A DNA stretch of 62,741 nt, counting the filler. It is 14 parts of 14 records of this genome, joined end to end, with 100 filler letters (N's around TTAATTAATTAA, not from the genome) between each part and the next. Parts side by side here need not be neighbours in the genome. Positions count along the whole stretch, not along the records: positions 19,490 to 23,699 come from SRR15195285_14883; positions 23,800 to 28,395 come from SRR15195285_14884; positions 28,496 to 32,270 come from SRR15195285_14901; positions 32,371 to 39,537 come from SRR15195285_14918; 10 more parts are not named here. One strand, given 5' to 3'. The translations under genes were made by a program, and so were the position numbers. Shown here one piece after another: positions 20,231 to 32,730 of the stretch (position 1 is its first letter; each line of letters starts with the position of its first letter). Under the pieces are notes generated by a model. The model did not search any database. It had not been told where the DNA came from and saw only the letters and a list, made by a program, of their open reading frames with translations.

Positions 20231-22704
20231 TTAGACAAGCGCCGAAAGCGTCACGGACGGCGTGCCTGCTTGAGACTGAGGGGAGTTGCTATCTGTCTTT
20301 CGCCGGGTGCCCTCACCCTCTTTCGATGCTTTAGCGGTGCGCGTCCGCGCTGCCCGGGGGCTCTTCGCCTTCACCTCCACACGTGTACCTGCTCCCTCGC
20401 TCATGCTCACCGCCTTCCAGTGCCAATAGTAGCTGGCAGGCAGACCCTCCAGCCGCAGCGCAAGCTTGCCCAGCGAGCGGTTTTTTGGCTCAATCAGCTC
20501 GTACACGAACTGCACGAGATGAGTAGCGGTCGGCGGCGATGTTGTGTACTCGATCGACCACTGCGTAGAGCTGTTCTGGTAGGCCGCGACGACCTGCATC
20601 GTATAGGTCTTCGCGAAGGGTCCATCCTCATTGTAGAACTTTTTTGCTGCCTTAATGGCAGCTTCGCGATCGAGAATGGGAACTCGTGGTGTAGTGCTCG
20701 CTTCTGAAGCTTCCGGCTGGCAGCCAATTGCGCCGCTTGCAGGTTGCTGCCACGTCGATGCAGGTTTTCCTGCCGTTTCCATCAGGATCGACTCCGGTAT
20801 GCCTTGCGCACGCCCTGATGTGGAGCTCAGCGCTGCCTCTGCCGAATTCGCGGTTCCTTTCACACGCGACGGCGACGACAGCCGCGCAGCTATTGCTGCA
20901 GCTGCTGCATCTTCGGCGGAACATCCAAGACCTGCACCATTTGCGCTGGAAGTTTTCGATGCCCTTTTAGCCAGTACTGAAGCGTCTCGCTGCTCCTGCT
21001 GACGCTTTTTCTCTTCTTGGGCTTCCAGCTGTTGCAGCCTCGCCAAGTTGGCCGAAGCTGCCCTCTCCTTGTATGCAGCGTCGGCTTTCGCCCGTGCCGC
21101 CGCATATTTTGCCGTGGCAGCCTGCAGCGACGGGCTCATTCCGCGGCCAGCACGGACGGTCAGAGTTCCATCGTCCTCCAGCAGCCGCACCGGCGCCCCT
21201 TGAGGTGGTCCGACATTCCGGGGAGCGCTTCCGACAGGCTGCAGCCGAGATGTCGACTTGCCTCTGTTGTTTGGGACAATGATGTGGAAAACAGTCCGCG
21301 AGTCCACTTGCTTGCCGCCACGTTGGCTGACATCGATATTCGCCCACGTCCCGCCACCGCCGCCGACGGTATCAAAGCTCACCTTGGTATACTCATGGTA
21401 CTTGATCGAAATGTAATTGCTACCAGCAGAAAAGCCACCCACAGCAGGAGGTGCCATTACCTTGACAAATCCCACTTTTCGCACCACGCCGAAACGCCCG
21501 TCCGGAGTCTTGTGCAGGTGCACGCCCTTGCGTCCAACAGTGACCTCCCATGTATCCAACTGCTCCTGTGGGACTAGAGCCTGCTGCGGCCCCACAGCGA
21601 GCCGCAAGGCTGCATCGTGCAATCCTGGATCATGCTCAGCATAGATAGTCCCGTACGCTCTGTCAACAGTCGCCTCGACAGGCTCTGCCTGGGAAGCCCT
21701 GAGCGTTTTGGGTCTTTCACCGGCGCCCTTGAACTCCGTATGCGTCAACATATCCCACGCAAGCTGCCAGGTCAATGTCGTTGTATGCCGCTGTGGAAGC
21801 TTTGCCCAGACGTCGGCCGTTGTGTCGCTGAGTATAATGCCGTCCGGCAGCACTTCTTTTCTTTCCCGTGAGCGGCCTTTTCCTTTCGCGGTCTTTGGCG
21901 AACTGGATTCACTGCCGGACGCGGCCGTGCCGCTGCCCGCCCTGGAAGCCTTCTTTGTGCTACGCTGGGATTCCTTTTGAGATTTGCGCTTTCGTGATGG
22001 CTGCGAGGCACCGTTCGTCGGGAAGCTGCCGACAGCGCTCGCCGGCCCGCCCATGCCGAGTGCGCTGAGCTCGCGTCCCCCGCCAACTGGGATGGTCGGA
22101 AAGTGGCCGGGTACGTTGGGTTGCGCGGTCGCCTCCCCGCTTGCCACCGTGGCCAAACTCTGCGCGGCAGACATGAGCAATGACGCGCTGCCTCCTTCCA
22201 CATTCTGTGCTGGCGGTCCGCAGAGGTCATTGTTGCCCAATTGCTCTTGGATCTCAGTCTTGATGGACGGCCCTGGAAATTGCATAGGTGCGAGCTGCCC
22301 CATGTGCGGCTGTGTGGTCCAGATGAACTTTCTGCAGTTTGCGCATCGCAGCAGCTCGCAGTACTCCTGTGGAATGTTGCGTCGCCCGCAGCTCGGACAC
22401 GTCACATTTTCGCCTGCGTGAACGATTGGAAGCGTGAGCCACACAAAATGGGTCGTCCAGGCTCACGGCGCAAGAATGCAGACGCTGCCTACAGCAGGGG
22501 ACAAGGCGGGACAGGAGACATCCTACCAGGATACATGGGCTCGGGCCCAGGTTCATCGATCACGCGACGGAGGTTGTTTCTCATATGCGTACTTGTTGTG
22601 CCACCCTGTCCCGCAGAGTTGTGTTCGACCATTCCACCCGGCCCCACCGCCGAACCGGCATATCTTCTCGCATCAGTCTGCGCAAGCTCGTTCACGATGT
22701 CCAT
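20231..22704 (-). CDS. Uncharacterised nuclear protein: CxxC/CxxC zinc ribbon, basic NLS-like patch, putative CG-1/NAC-like domain, coiled coil (2 exons, ~786 aa)
   Basis: ATG at 22704 (MDIVNE); intron 22414-22526 joins to GENVTCPSC..LRCANC; RKRKSQK; domain at ~21273-21775 aligns by eye with the protein at 24565-27826; the 3' end may have a further exon. Confidence 0.65.
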
Positions 22705-23699
22705 CCCGCCCCTCCCCCACCACCTCCCTCTCCACCCCGAGCCAGCCCCAACCTCCAAAGCACCGCCAAGGACACCAATTGGAGAGGTCAACCACTGGCA
22801 AAAAGTACGCCGCGAAAAGTACGTCTACTTGACGCACGCCAAAAAATCGACTCCGCACTCTCGGCCAGTAACCTCCCGCTCTTCTCCCAGCACGCAGCCA
22901 GCTCGCCCTCCCGACCCGCTGCCAGTTGTCTGCTGCCCGAAACAGGTCGACCACTCCTCACCACTCAATTGTATGGGAACGCCTGGACGCCTTTCGGATC
23001 ATTTCTCCCACCGTCATAAACTCGTATTCATCCCACAAAACTTGGCCTCAAAAGAGCTGAGACAAATTAAAATTGAATGCGAGATTATCGACTTGCCGAT
23101 CCGAGCAAATGTACAGTATGCGTACGGCAGGCGTGCACGTCCGCCCCGGCCTGCTGTACCACAGTCCTGTGTACACGGCGGCTCTGCTCAAGTACGTACG
23201 ATACGTCGTACGTCAGTACAGTACACTGTTGATCAACACAGCTGTCCCCATTCCCACCAAGAACTTCGTGTTTGTCACATCCCATCGATCCACACCCCGG
23301 GTAAGGCGTGAAATACACCTCAGGTTTGTTTGGCTGTGGAACTTGATAAAGTCCTTGGCCGCGGCCGGTGAGCGGTGTTGTACTTGTACGGTAGCGGAGA
23401 CGGGAGAGCTCGGACCGTCGTCGCTGCGCGTCTTGAAGGTCTTCGCTTGACGTACAGTATGTTTTAGCGGAGGATTAGCGATTACCCGAATTACGTCAGT
23501 AGTACTAATTATCATAGTAGTACCGGTAGTACCGTCCCGGTTCGACGGATTACCGGTAGTAGAGGATGGGGAGAACACTGAACAGGCAGGATGATCGGGA
23601 AGACACAAGACTCAAGAGCTCTGGCAGTCCTCACCTTCTTCGACTGTTGCTCCCCATTCTCCAGGTCGCTTCTCATTCACGCAAATCAAGCGCCGGGGT

Positions 23700-23799
23700 N
23701 NNNNNNNNNNNNNNNNNNNNNNNNNNNNNNNNNNNNNNNNNNNTTAATTAATTAANNNNNNNNNNNNNNNNNNNNNNNNNNNNNNNNNNNNNNNNNNNN
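23700..23799. other. Artificial contig spacer
   Basis: N44-TTAATTAATTAA-N44. Confidence 0.99.
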
Positions 23800-24564
23800 G
23801 AGAGCTCCTCGGGCGTAACACATGTACTATTCATAGCCCACTGAACAGTACTAGTGTGCGTAGGATCCTTGTCGGTACATCCCACAACGAGTGTAGTAGG
23901 CGCATGAGTTGGCCAGCGTCTTAAATGAGGTGGAGCGCCAGACACTGCTTGCGACTGGTGGCGCGGGCAAACGTCCACCTCGGCTACTGCTAGTCAACCT
24001 AAAGGTTGCAATTACGACGCTACGAGTATTACGGGATGGATCAACATGGGACCACCGGTAGGAAGTTCCTAGCTGGATGTCCCAGCAGCGCCAGCGGCCT
24101 CACCACAGGCATCTATACGAATAGGACGGTAATTGAGGGCGACGAAGTTGGAACAAGCAAGCTCAACGGCTGTGGTCTAACAGCGCATGGGGCGGGCTCG
24201 GTTCTTTACGCGTGTGGCGAGTGGGACTGAAATCGGCTAAATTACAATGGTTCCACAGAACAAATTCAACATCGGTCGGGCAACACATGGTCATCTCATT
24301 GAGGCTGCTTGGGCCGGAGCAAATCTCCGACGGACCATGGCCGCGCGAACCTCACTGTGGAGTGGAGCAATTCTCCGCAGTAGATCTGTGCCTTCAGTTC
24401 GGCACTACGCGCGCTACTTAGTCATCTTTGCGCCGGATCACTAGAATAGATAGCACGATAGATAGACTCGATTGTGGCAGATCAATGTATTGTACAAGCT
24501 GGATCACACGCGGGGCACACGGCATCCATCTTCCACAGGTTGTTGAGTAAGTTGCAGCACATAG

Positions 24565-27500
24565 TTAGGACGTCACGCCTGCACAAAGAAGAAGTTCTTC
24601 GACGGACCAGCCGTCACCGAGCAGCGCTGCCAGTGCGTCCGAGTGCTGCGCCTCCGGGCTCAAACGGGCCAGGACACTGCCCATCCGGGCAGAGACTTCT
24701 GCCGCTGACTCAACGCTGCCGCTTCTGTCTATCAAATGCTCCTTCATGTCACGCAGTGCAAGAAGTTCCAGCAGCCAGTATGCATACTGGGGGAGACGAC
24801 GAGACAGACACGCTCACCTGTGAGACGCATGCAGCATTGCAACCCGGAATCAGTTGCACGCGCACCTGGTTGGCAGAGTTGGTGGCTGACTCAAAGGACG
24901 CAGCCGCCTCCTGTCTGCGGTCGGCTCCAAGACGACAGAGCAGTCGACCGCGAATCGAGTGAGCGCGCATGTGCACCGATGGTCTCATATCACCGCGGAG
25001 GTAGTCCCTGCAATACACCAGCTCGAATGAGTTTTCTAGTCAGCTGCACTGAGATGTACATGTTGTGCGGTATTCATATACTGTGTTGTCTTCGGGCGTG
25101 CTGTGAACAGCTGTGTGTCAATGTTACCTGGATAGCGCGACATCTACAAACTCTAGTGCTCTCGTGTACTGCTGGCATTTTTCGCACACCTCAGCGATTG
25201 TGAGAGCTGCGACACATGGCAGCAGGATACGATGTGAGGATTTACATACGGATAAAGGTGCAAACTGACGTACACAATCAACTCAGTTAGCGAGCACATA
25301 CCGGGGCAGGCGTAGTTCAGCTGCCCAGATTGATGCCGGTGCCCAGTGTCGCCCCAATCAAGTAATTGCTGCGGTGTTGGCACTGTGGGCATGACCTTTT
25401 CTGGAGAAATCTCAGGCCAAGAGCACAAAGCGTATGACATCTGCAACACGTGGGCATACACCTCACATTGGAACAGAGCAAACGACGAGCTGAAAAGCTG
25501 CCAAACTTACACGAATCATCACAGAATAGTAACCAACGTCGTTTACATGGCGCCCAGTCGAGGCGCCTCGCTTACGGAAGACCTTGTGACCAACATTTTC
25601 AGCGAGCCGATCTACTGTTTCGTCCGTCGTATCCCATCCCATCTTGAGATTCCGCAACAGTTGCGTGGCGTCAGCATCACGGCCGACAATGTGAAGCATT
25701 GTCGGCCACATGTAACCAGCATGCAGCAGTGTCAAAGATTCAGATCGGTCATTGTCTATACGCGCGATGTTCGTGCGCAGCATCGCCAACTGCATATCGA
25801 TACATCGATTAGCAGTATCCAGCTCGACCCAAACGAGGGCGAGCGGAGCGAACACTGGGTAAGCAGCATAGACGCTCTCGGTATATGAAGAGCCTGATGC
25901 TGTCAGCGCACGGGTAGTCGGGGCTTCAGCATGTGCAGTCTCGATTGCTTGCGTGATAAGCTCGCCTTGCTCTCCGAACAGACCCCAGGTAAACTCTGGG
26001 CTAAGCACAAGAATGTCCTTGAACGCTGTGCCAGTCCAGACTGCGGACCGCAAATGCTTCAGTTTCACAGCCTCGTCGTCGATGTTCTCAGAGCGGGCAA
26101 CAGAGAAGTAGACTTGTATCATGCGCATTAGTCCAGCATTTGCCCGTGGGATGTCCCCCGCATCCATAAGTGCGGGCATGACATCGAGAGTCAATATTAG
26201 ACCTGCGATAGTCCCGGCGCTCTCCGGCTGTTGGCCCTGTTCAGTTTGTGACAGGTGATCAAGGCGTGGGCGGTAGCGGTGTATGTCTGCAGGATCGTCC
26301 ATAGACAGGAGCACTGCCTGGACGCAGTACAGCTCGACGAAGTCATAAATCTTTTGTACCTCTGGTGGAGCGTTGCGGCTCATCTTGTCGAACGCCGTCA
26401 GGCACTTACGCCAAACTGCGGTGGCCGCAGAACGTCCCTGCGCATTCTTAGCACTTTCACCAATGCACCACCATTGAAGCGCTGTCTTCCACCACATGTC
26501 GTCGCTGGTCGACGTCTCTTCGTATGCAGACGTAATAATCGAAGCACCCTCAACGCCCAGCATCATTGTCGACGCCTTCAACAGAGCGTCTAGTGGTGCA
26601 ATCACGCTTGCAACAGTGGCTTGTGCGTCCGGCGAGTGCTGTCCTATCGCATCCAATAGCTCACCGGCCGATTCTAGCCTGCCGTACCCTTCGCCACGAT
26701 CCTTGTCCTGTGGCAACGGTGCATTGCGCTTCCCGATTTGCTGCACATGCAATGCTCGCCGCTGCTCCTCGTCGTAAACATCGTCAGTAAGTAGCCCGCA
26801 TTCATACAGCTCTTTCAGGCGCTGCAGTTCCTTTTCGCGCCATTCCCAAACCTCATCACTGGCAATCGGATAGTCCCCAGTTACCGACGTGCTCGTGTCT
26901 GCTGCAGGTTCTGCTTCCACCGACTCACGCGCCTCTGCTGTTTCCCAGTGCCTCTTGCCAGGGGCAGCACGGCTAGTCTCTGAGAAGACCTGAAACAACA
27001 CACAGCTCTTGTCCTCTGTGTTGGTCGAATCGTCTCCATCCCCTTTGCGTATCAGCGTGAACTCAAAAAACTTGAGTAGTTGCATTCCTTGTCGGACGAT
27101 CCGACCGTAGCGCTTTCGCACACCGAGGGCGTTGCGCCCAGCGCCTGCCGACGGAAAATAGTCGTGTGCTCCGGACACCCCGCCGCTGTTTGCCCATCGA
27201 TCAATTCGGGCAGCAGTGCCGCCCCATAAGCTCGTAGTCCGTTTTAGCTTCGGCGCCTCCATGAAGAGCAGGTACGGGTCTACCTCCTCGGAGATATGTG
27301 CGGGCCGCTCCTGTAGGCTCCCATCGTGGCTTTGCAGCAAGTGCATACACGCCTGCAGCGTAATATCAGATGATGCTGCTTGGTCCTGGTGTGGGCTTGT
27401 CGCTGGCGGCTTCCTTTCTTTCTTCACACGAGCCATATGCGAGCTGCTCCGCTGCTCTGCCACTGCCGCTGCCGCATCGCGCTCCGCTGCGACTCGTTTT

Positions 27501-27826
27501 GCAGACGGCGTCACGTTCCGTCGGCTCCTCTTGGCCGGGCATGGCCGCTCTCTCGGCTGTATCCGCGCCACACGTCGGTTGTATGCAGTACCGAAGGGGT
27601 CAGACACGCTGTCGACGCGCATCGCTCCAGTGGGACTGTCCAGGGTCAGCTTATCGTCGTCATGTTCGCCCGCAGGACCCGCTGCGGCCAGCGCGTGCGA
27701 GGTATCGATCGTATCCCACTGCAGACTTTTCAAGCTGTCCAGGTCGCTGAATGACGGGTTCCTGCTCAGGCTGCCAAGGCCCGCAAGCCCCTGCAAGTCT
27801 TGCTCCGACGGGTTGCGGGCGAACAT
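24565..27826 (-). CDS. Uncharacterised protein: putative CG-1/NAC-like domain, SHOCT-like motif, long helical/TPR-like C-terminus (at least 5 exons, at least 965 aa)
   Basis: Long ORF plus introns 25441-25510, 25207-25301, 25008-25127 and 24787-24865 give a continuous frame to the stop at 24565 (2898 nt from ATG 27826). ELQRLKELYECGLLTDDVYDEE is SHOCT-like. An acceptor-like CAG at 27836 suggests an additional upstream exon. Confidence 0.7.
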
Positions 27827-28395
27827 CCCGATTTCCTGCATCCACACCACACAAGTGGTCAAGCCGCACCCAGCTCCACCAACTGTTGCGCCAGACGCCC
27901 CCGCCTCCTCCCCCACCACCCTCCACCCACGACCACCACACCTATCCTCAGGCTCTCCACCGTTCTCTTTCACGCCCTACCCTGGCCTCTATTCTGCGCG
28001 CCCGGACCACTTCTGTGCCTGCCTCAACCTGCCGTGCTCAGACGAACGAGGGCAATCCGTCGACAGGCCCGCAGCGAGGGCGCAGGCTGCAGGATCCAGG
28101 CTCCAGGCCGACAGCCATGCAGCGAGCACCGCAACCCAGACTGCTGGCCAGCCCCCCTCCCTGCTGGCGGCCCGGATGCTTCGAAGCATTCCCCTGATCA
28201 GGACCTGATTCAGGTGAAACAGGAGGTGTATGTGTGTACACTGTATCACTGTATGTGCCCAGGTTGAAACTGAAGTGCCGGGACGAATTGACAATCGAAC
28301 GTGGTGCGCGCCGCGCCGCGCGCGCGCGCGCGGCGGCGCGAGCGCGCGCGTGACTTTTTCGCCGCGCGAGCCTGCGATGGTCGTGCACAGGGGCT

Positions 28396-28495
28396 NNNNN
28401 NNNNNNNNNNNNNNNNNNNNNNNNNNNNNNNNNNNNNNNTTAATTAATTAANNNNNNNNNNNNNNNNNNNNNNNNNNNNNNNNNNNNNNNNNNNN
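28396..28495. other. Artificial contig spacer
   Basis: N44-TTAATTAATTAA-N44. Confidence 0.99.
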
Positions 28496-28496
28496 A

Positions 28497-31400
28497 GGCA
28501 TCGAATTTGAACACCCAGAGAGCGACGACGAGGGCGACACCGAAAATATCGCGCCACTGACAATTCGCTCCATCTTTTCTGACGGTTTGGCAGCAAAAAA
28601 GGCGCCGCCGCTGATGCCAGGGTGTGTACTTCTAGGCGTTAATGCCGATGAGCTCCTGGGGCTGGCCGCTGCGGACTCGTTGCAAGTCCTACGGGAGGCC
28701 ACCCAGCAAAGACGCTCGCGCGCAAAGCCTCTGGTGCTGCGCTTTGGGCCTCCTGCAGGTGCTACACACGTACCGCCTGCGGATACTAGGCTCGCGAAGG
28801 TTGCGCAGGAAGCAGACTTGAATAGAAGAAAGCGAGATGAGTGGGTGAAAGAGGCCCAGCAGCAGCGTGAGGCAGACGAAGCGGAGTACCGGAAAAAACA
28901 TTCTGTGCACCGCCAGCACCACCCACCTCCTGACCATATTGCCGAGGTCACGGAGCGGCTTGCCGTGGAGGGCGTTGAGCGCGAGAACAGAATTGCGGCG
29001 CTGCGAGCAGAAGTGGTAAAGGGAGAGGAAAATACGTGCCAGTCTACACCGACGATCCTCGAACATTCTAGGAAACTCGCAAGCTCTCATGCAGACTTTC
29101 TCACGAGGATCTCAGACTGGACTGCAGAGAAGCAGCGACGTGAGGAGGAGTATGAGCAGTTTCGGGCCATACAGGCGGAAGCTGTACCACTGACGATTCA
29201 TGAGATGGTTCAAGTGGACGTCACTGATTTCTGGCAGCGCCAGCAGGAGAAACAAGACGAAGCAGCACAGAGACTGGAGGCCAGGAAGGCTGAGGAGGGG
29301 AAGCGTTCTGTAGCTGAGGTGAAAGCTGCCCCCGCAATAGATAAACGAAGTTCACAACTCGCGGCCGAGACTCGTGGAGCACAGCCCGGTGCCTCGAACC
29401 ACGCAGAGCACTTGCTGGCATGGGGCAAGCAAGCGAGCGAGCGGAAAGCACGCAAGCGCCAGGAATTGGAGGCGAAGCTGCAGCCTCCGCCGTCGCCTGC
29501 CATCAATCCCAACGCCAAACGTCTAGCCGCAAAGTGGGAAAAGAATCAAGCTGAGAGACGGCAACGAAAGAAGTTGCTGACGGAGGCCCAAGCCAACGCC
29601 GAAACCACTTTCAAGCCAGCCGTCAATACGCGTCCAAAAGACTGGCGTCCATCATCGGCGCCATCCGGTGGACGACATTCTCGGTGCGAAAGCCCCAGCT
29701 ACCTCACTAGTTAGCTTCCACTTCATGTGTGTCAATAGCATATCGTTCGCAGATTGTCTGCTACTATGTATGTTTTGTGTGGTTGACTGTCGTACGCAAC
29801 CTCGGCCGGTCAGGTTGAATGTGAGCGCAGAGCTAGAGCGCAGTGAGGCGCAAATTCGAGCACAGCTGAAGGCCGACATGAGCATGTCAAGTCAACGGCC
29901 TGTCTCCCCAACACCAAATCGTCTAGGTTCAGCCACACTGCCATCTCCGGCAGATCCATCGCTTCTCATCCGCCCACCGTCTGCCAATCGCCATGCCAGA
30001 GGTGCGGTAGACCAGGCGGGTGCTGTGGCCTCGAAGTCTTCCAATATTCGGGGAGCACGGCGCGCGGTCGGGCGAGTCGTCGGGGCGAAGAGCTCTCAGC
30101 CCAATGGTGGCAAGCGGAGAAAATCCGACAGGAAAAGTGGACAAGAGCATTTGCAACAGCAGACCGTTGCGACTGCACGGGCTGATACTCGGCGACACCC
30201 ACAATGGCATGACGGTCATCATGCGGCAGACCGCAGCACGATGGGACTGACGGATCCAGGAAATGGGTGGGCTGCGTCTGCGGTCTCGCTCGCAGTGTCG
30301 CAGTCACTGGAGCGCGCAAATGCGGCCAGGTCAGCACAAAGGTCTGTGCAGCAACAGGAGCCGCACCGTCATGCGCAGTTGCACGACGCCCGACATTTCA
30401 GCCAAGTGACCCCAGCAGGAGCTGGGCACCCCCTGACGAGTACACAAACGCTCAGCGGTCAAGTAGCGAGGCCAGGATTGGCCAGCAACGACCGTTCTGT
30501 TGGTAGCAGGAGCAACAACAAAATCCAAAATCAAGATGTTAGCAGCCCGAGAAGCCTCTTTGGCAAAAATAGACGTGGTGCAATTGGCTCAACCCAGCGA
30601 CCTTCAACAGACCGCAGAGGTCGACGGCAGTTGCGCAGCCCGGTCAGCCTCTCCAAGTCTAGTGCTGTCGCGACGCAACCGCAGAACTCAATCACAGTAG
30701 CACCTGCTGGCTCTGAAGAGGGCGAGGTGCCCCGCCAACTGTTTTCATCGCCAACGCGTCCCGCTGTTCTCACGGCAACGGATGACGACAGTCGCGGGCG
30801 ACAGCACGATGAGCAACACGATGGTGTGATCCATGACGGCGGGATGTATGTCGTTCCAGCACACCCTGGCAACATCGGCAAATACGACCACCTTGCAGGG
30901 ACCAACCCGTTTGACGCAGATGGGGCTGACGTGCCGAGCGAGGCTGACCAGCAGCACGCTGAACAGCACCGTGACGCAATCAATCCAGCTTCTTCATTAT
31001 CATCGGGTGATCACACCGATAATGATGGAAGCGGACCGGCCCAAACCTCGTCCTGGGCAGGATCAGGTATTGCAGAAGAAGAGCTATCGATGTCGCCTGT
31101 AGATCCGTCAAACTGGAACAGCAGCGCACAGATGTCACCAAATCGGCCGCTCACGCCTGGTAGGCGACCGGTTACGCCGGGTCGTGTATCCTTCGGACGA
31201 ACACGCCAGGTCTACATGTATAGAGAAAGCCCGAAGGAGCGCGCCCAGAAACTTGCAGCAGCTGCTCCAGCACTGGCCAAGGCGGATCAAATCCGAGCGG
31301 AGAACGAACGGTTGGAGGAGGAAGACGCGCGGCGAGTCTCGTCTACGACTACGAGCGGTGGTGCCGTCAACCATGCTGCGCAGGTCGATGGGGCGACCGA

Positions 31401-31779
31401 CCCTGGTTCGGCCACGAGTGCTGCATTGCTGAGTGCGCTTGTTGCAGCGAAGTCAGAGATGCTCTCGGCTCTGGATCCTAGCCCAGCACGAGATGGCAAT
31501 GACGATGCCCATGAACATGATGATATGGACGATTACGAATCACCAGGTAGTACTGGGCAGTCAGATGTGCTGACACAACACGACACAATGGCCTTTTTCA
31601 GCGGTGGTCCCTCGGCGTCGATATCTCGATCGGATCCTAATAATGACCAAGATTACCCACGAGATATCAGCGACAACTCGGAAGATGACCACAGTGAAGG
31701 TGAGGAAGAGGACGCTGAGAGTGGGACCAGAGTGGCGCTGCGTGCACAAATTGACCGAATGATGGGAGTGGTGCGCTGA
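28497..31779 (+). CDS. 5'-partial protein: PDZ-like domain, coiled coil with PxI(N/D)xxSxxLA repeats, long disordered tail
   Basis: Frame is open from the contig edge (GIEF..LTIRSI..GLAAK..LMPGCVLLGVN..PLVLRF, PDZ-like). Repeats PTILEHSRKLA, PAIDKRSSQLA, PAINPNAKRLA, FKPAVN. Intron 29684-29813 joins the two ORFs in frame. Confidence 0.7.
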
Positions 31780-32270
31780 TGAGCTAGTGAAAATCTGTTA
31801 CGGCTGCGCCAGCAATGCTATGCTTGCTGTGTCTTGTTTGTCCCCAGCACCTGTCACCGTCACACGTAACTATCGATAGCTGTGAGCCCACAACTTGATG
31901 ATTGTATGCATTGACCGTGGCAAGGTTCAACTGACCAACTCTGCTGCTGCGTTATATTGACAGGAGCAAGAGCTGCTGCCTGGAAATCACATGCAGGAAC
32001 GTGTAGGCGCATGGGATGACCAACGAGCTGAGCAGAGGGCACCAGGAATCAGGGCGACCACCTCACCACCTGCCGATCAGAGACTTCAATCGCGTGAGGT
32101 TTGACTTCTGTGAAGTGGAGGTAGCTCGGCCAGCGTTCACAAGGCTGGCTGCGTTGCAATGCAGCGTTTGTCCGCAACATTCATCTTCTCTTTTTCTTTT
32201 CCTGAGCCAGCACTGCGTCGTGTGCACCCGCATCACCTGCGGCCAATCCTTGAACAGCATTTGCATCGCT

Positions 32271-32370
32271 NNNNNNNNNNNNNNNNNNNNNNNNNNNNNN
32301 NNNNNNNNNNNNNNTTAATTAATTAANNNNNNNNNNNNNNNNNNNNNNNNNNNNNNNNNNNNNNNNNNNN
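32271..32370. other. Artificial contig spacer
   Basis: N44-TTAATTAATTAA-N44. Confidence 0.99.
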
Positions 32371-32730
32371 TTCACACGCTTGATCCGGAGTCTCGTCACA
32401 GTGTGCGCGGTCGAACCAGCTCGTTCGGCCGCGCCACCCAAGTTCTTTTCCGGGCCATCTGCGCACCAATGGGACACAAAGCGCGGTTAGCTACAACCGG
32501 CGCACTGGTACGCGTGCGTGGCTAGCCTACACGCGCACATGCTTTGAGCGGCCAAGCATCAGTGCGCGAAACGTACAGGTCTCATGCTCAAACCCCATGA
32601 CAACGTCGCCAGCTCGCAGGAAGCCGCGGATCGGGGACTTGGTCACATCCGAACCGCCTCGGACCACAGCTGTCCTCACCTGCGCGCGGTGCCGAACACA
32701 TGAGCAAAATTAGCTTGTCTGATGCTGCAA

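Noticed and set aside
22241-23311. 356-aa plus-strand ORF
   Set aside because: Overlaps the first exon, intron and upstream region of the minus-strand gene; low-complexity, non-protein-like composition.
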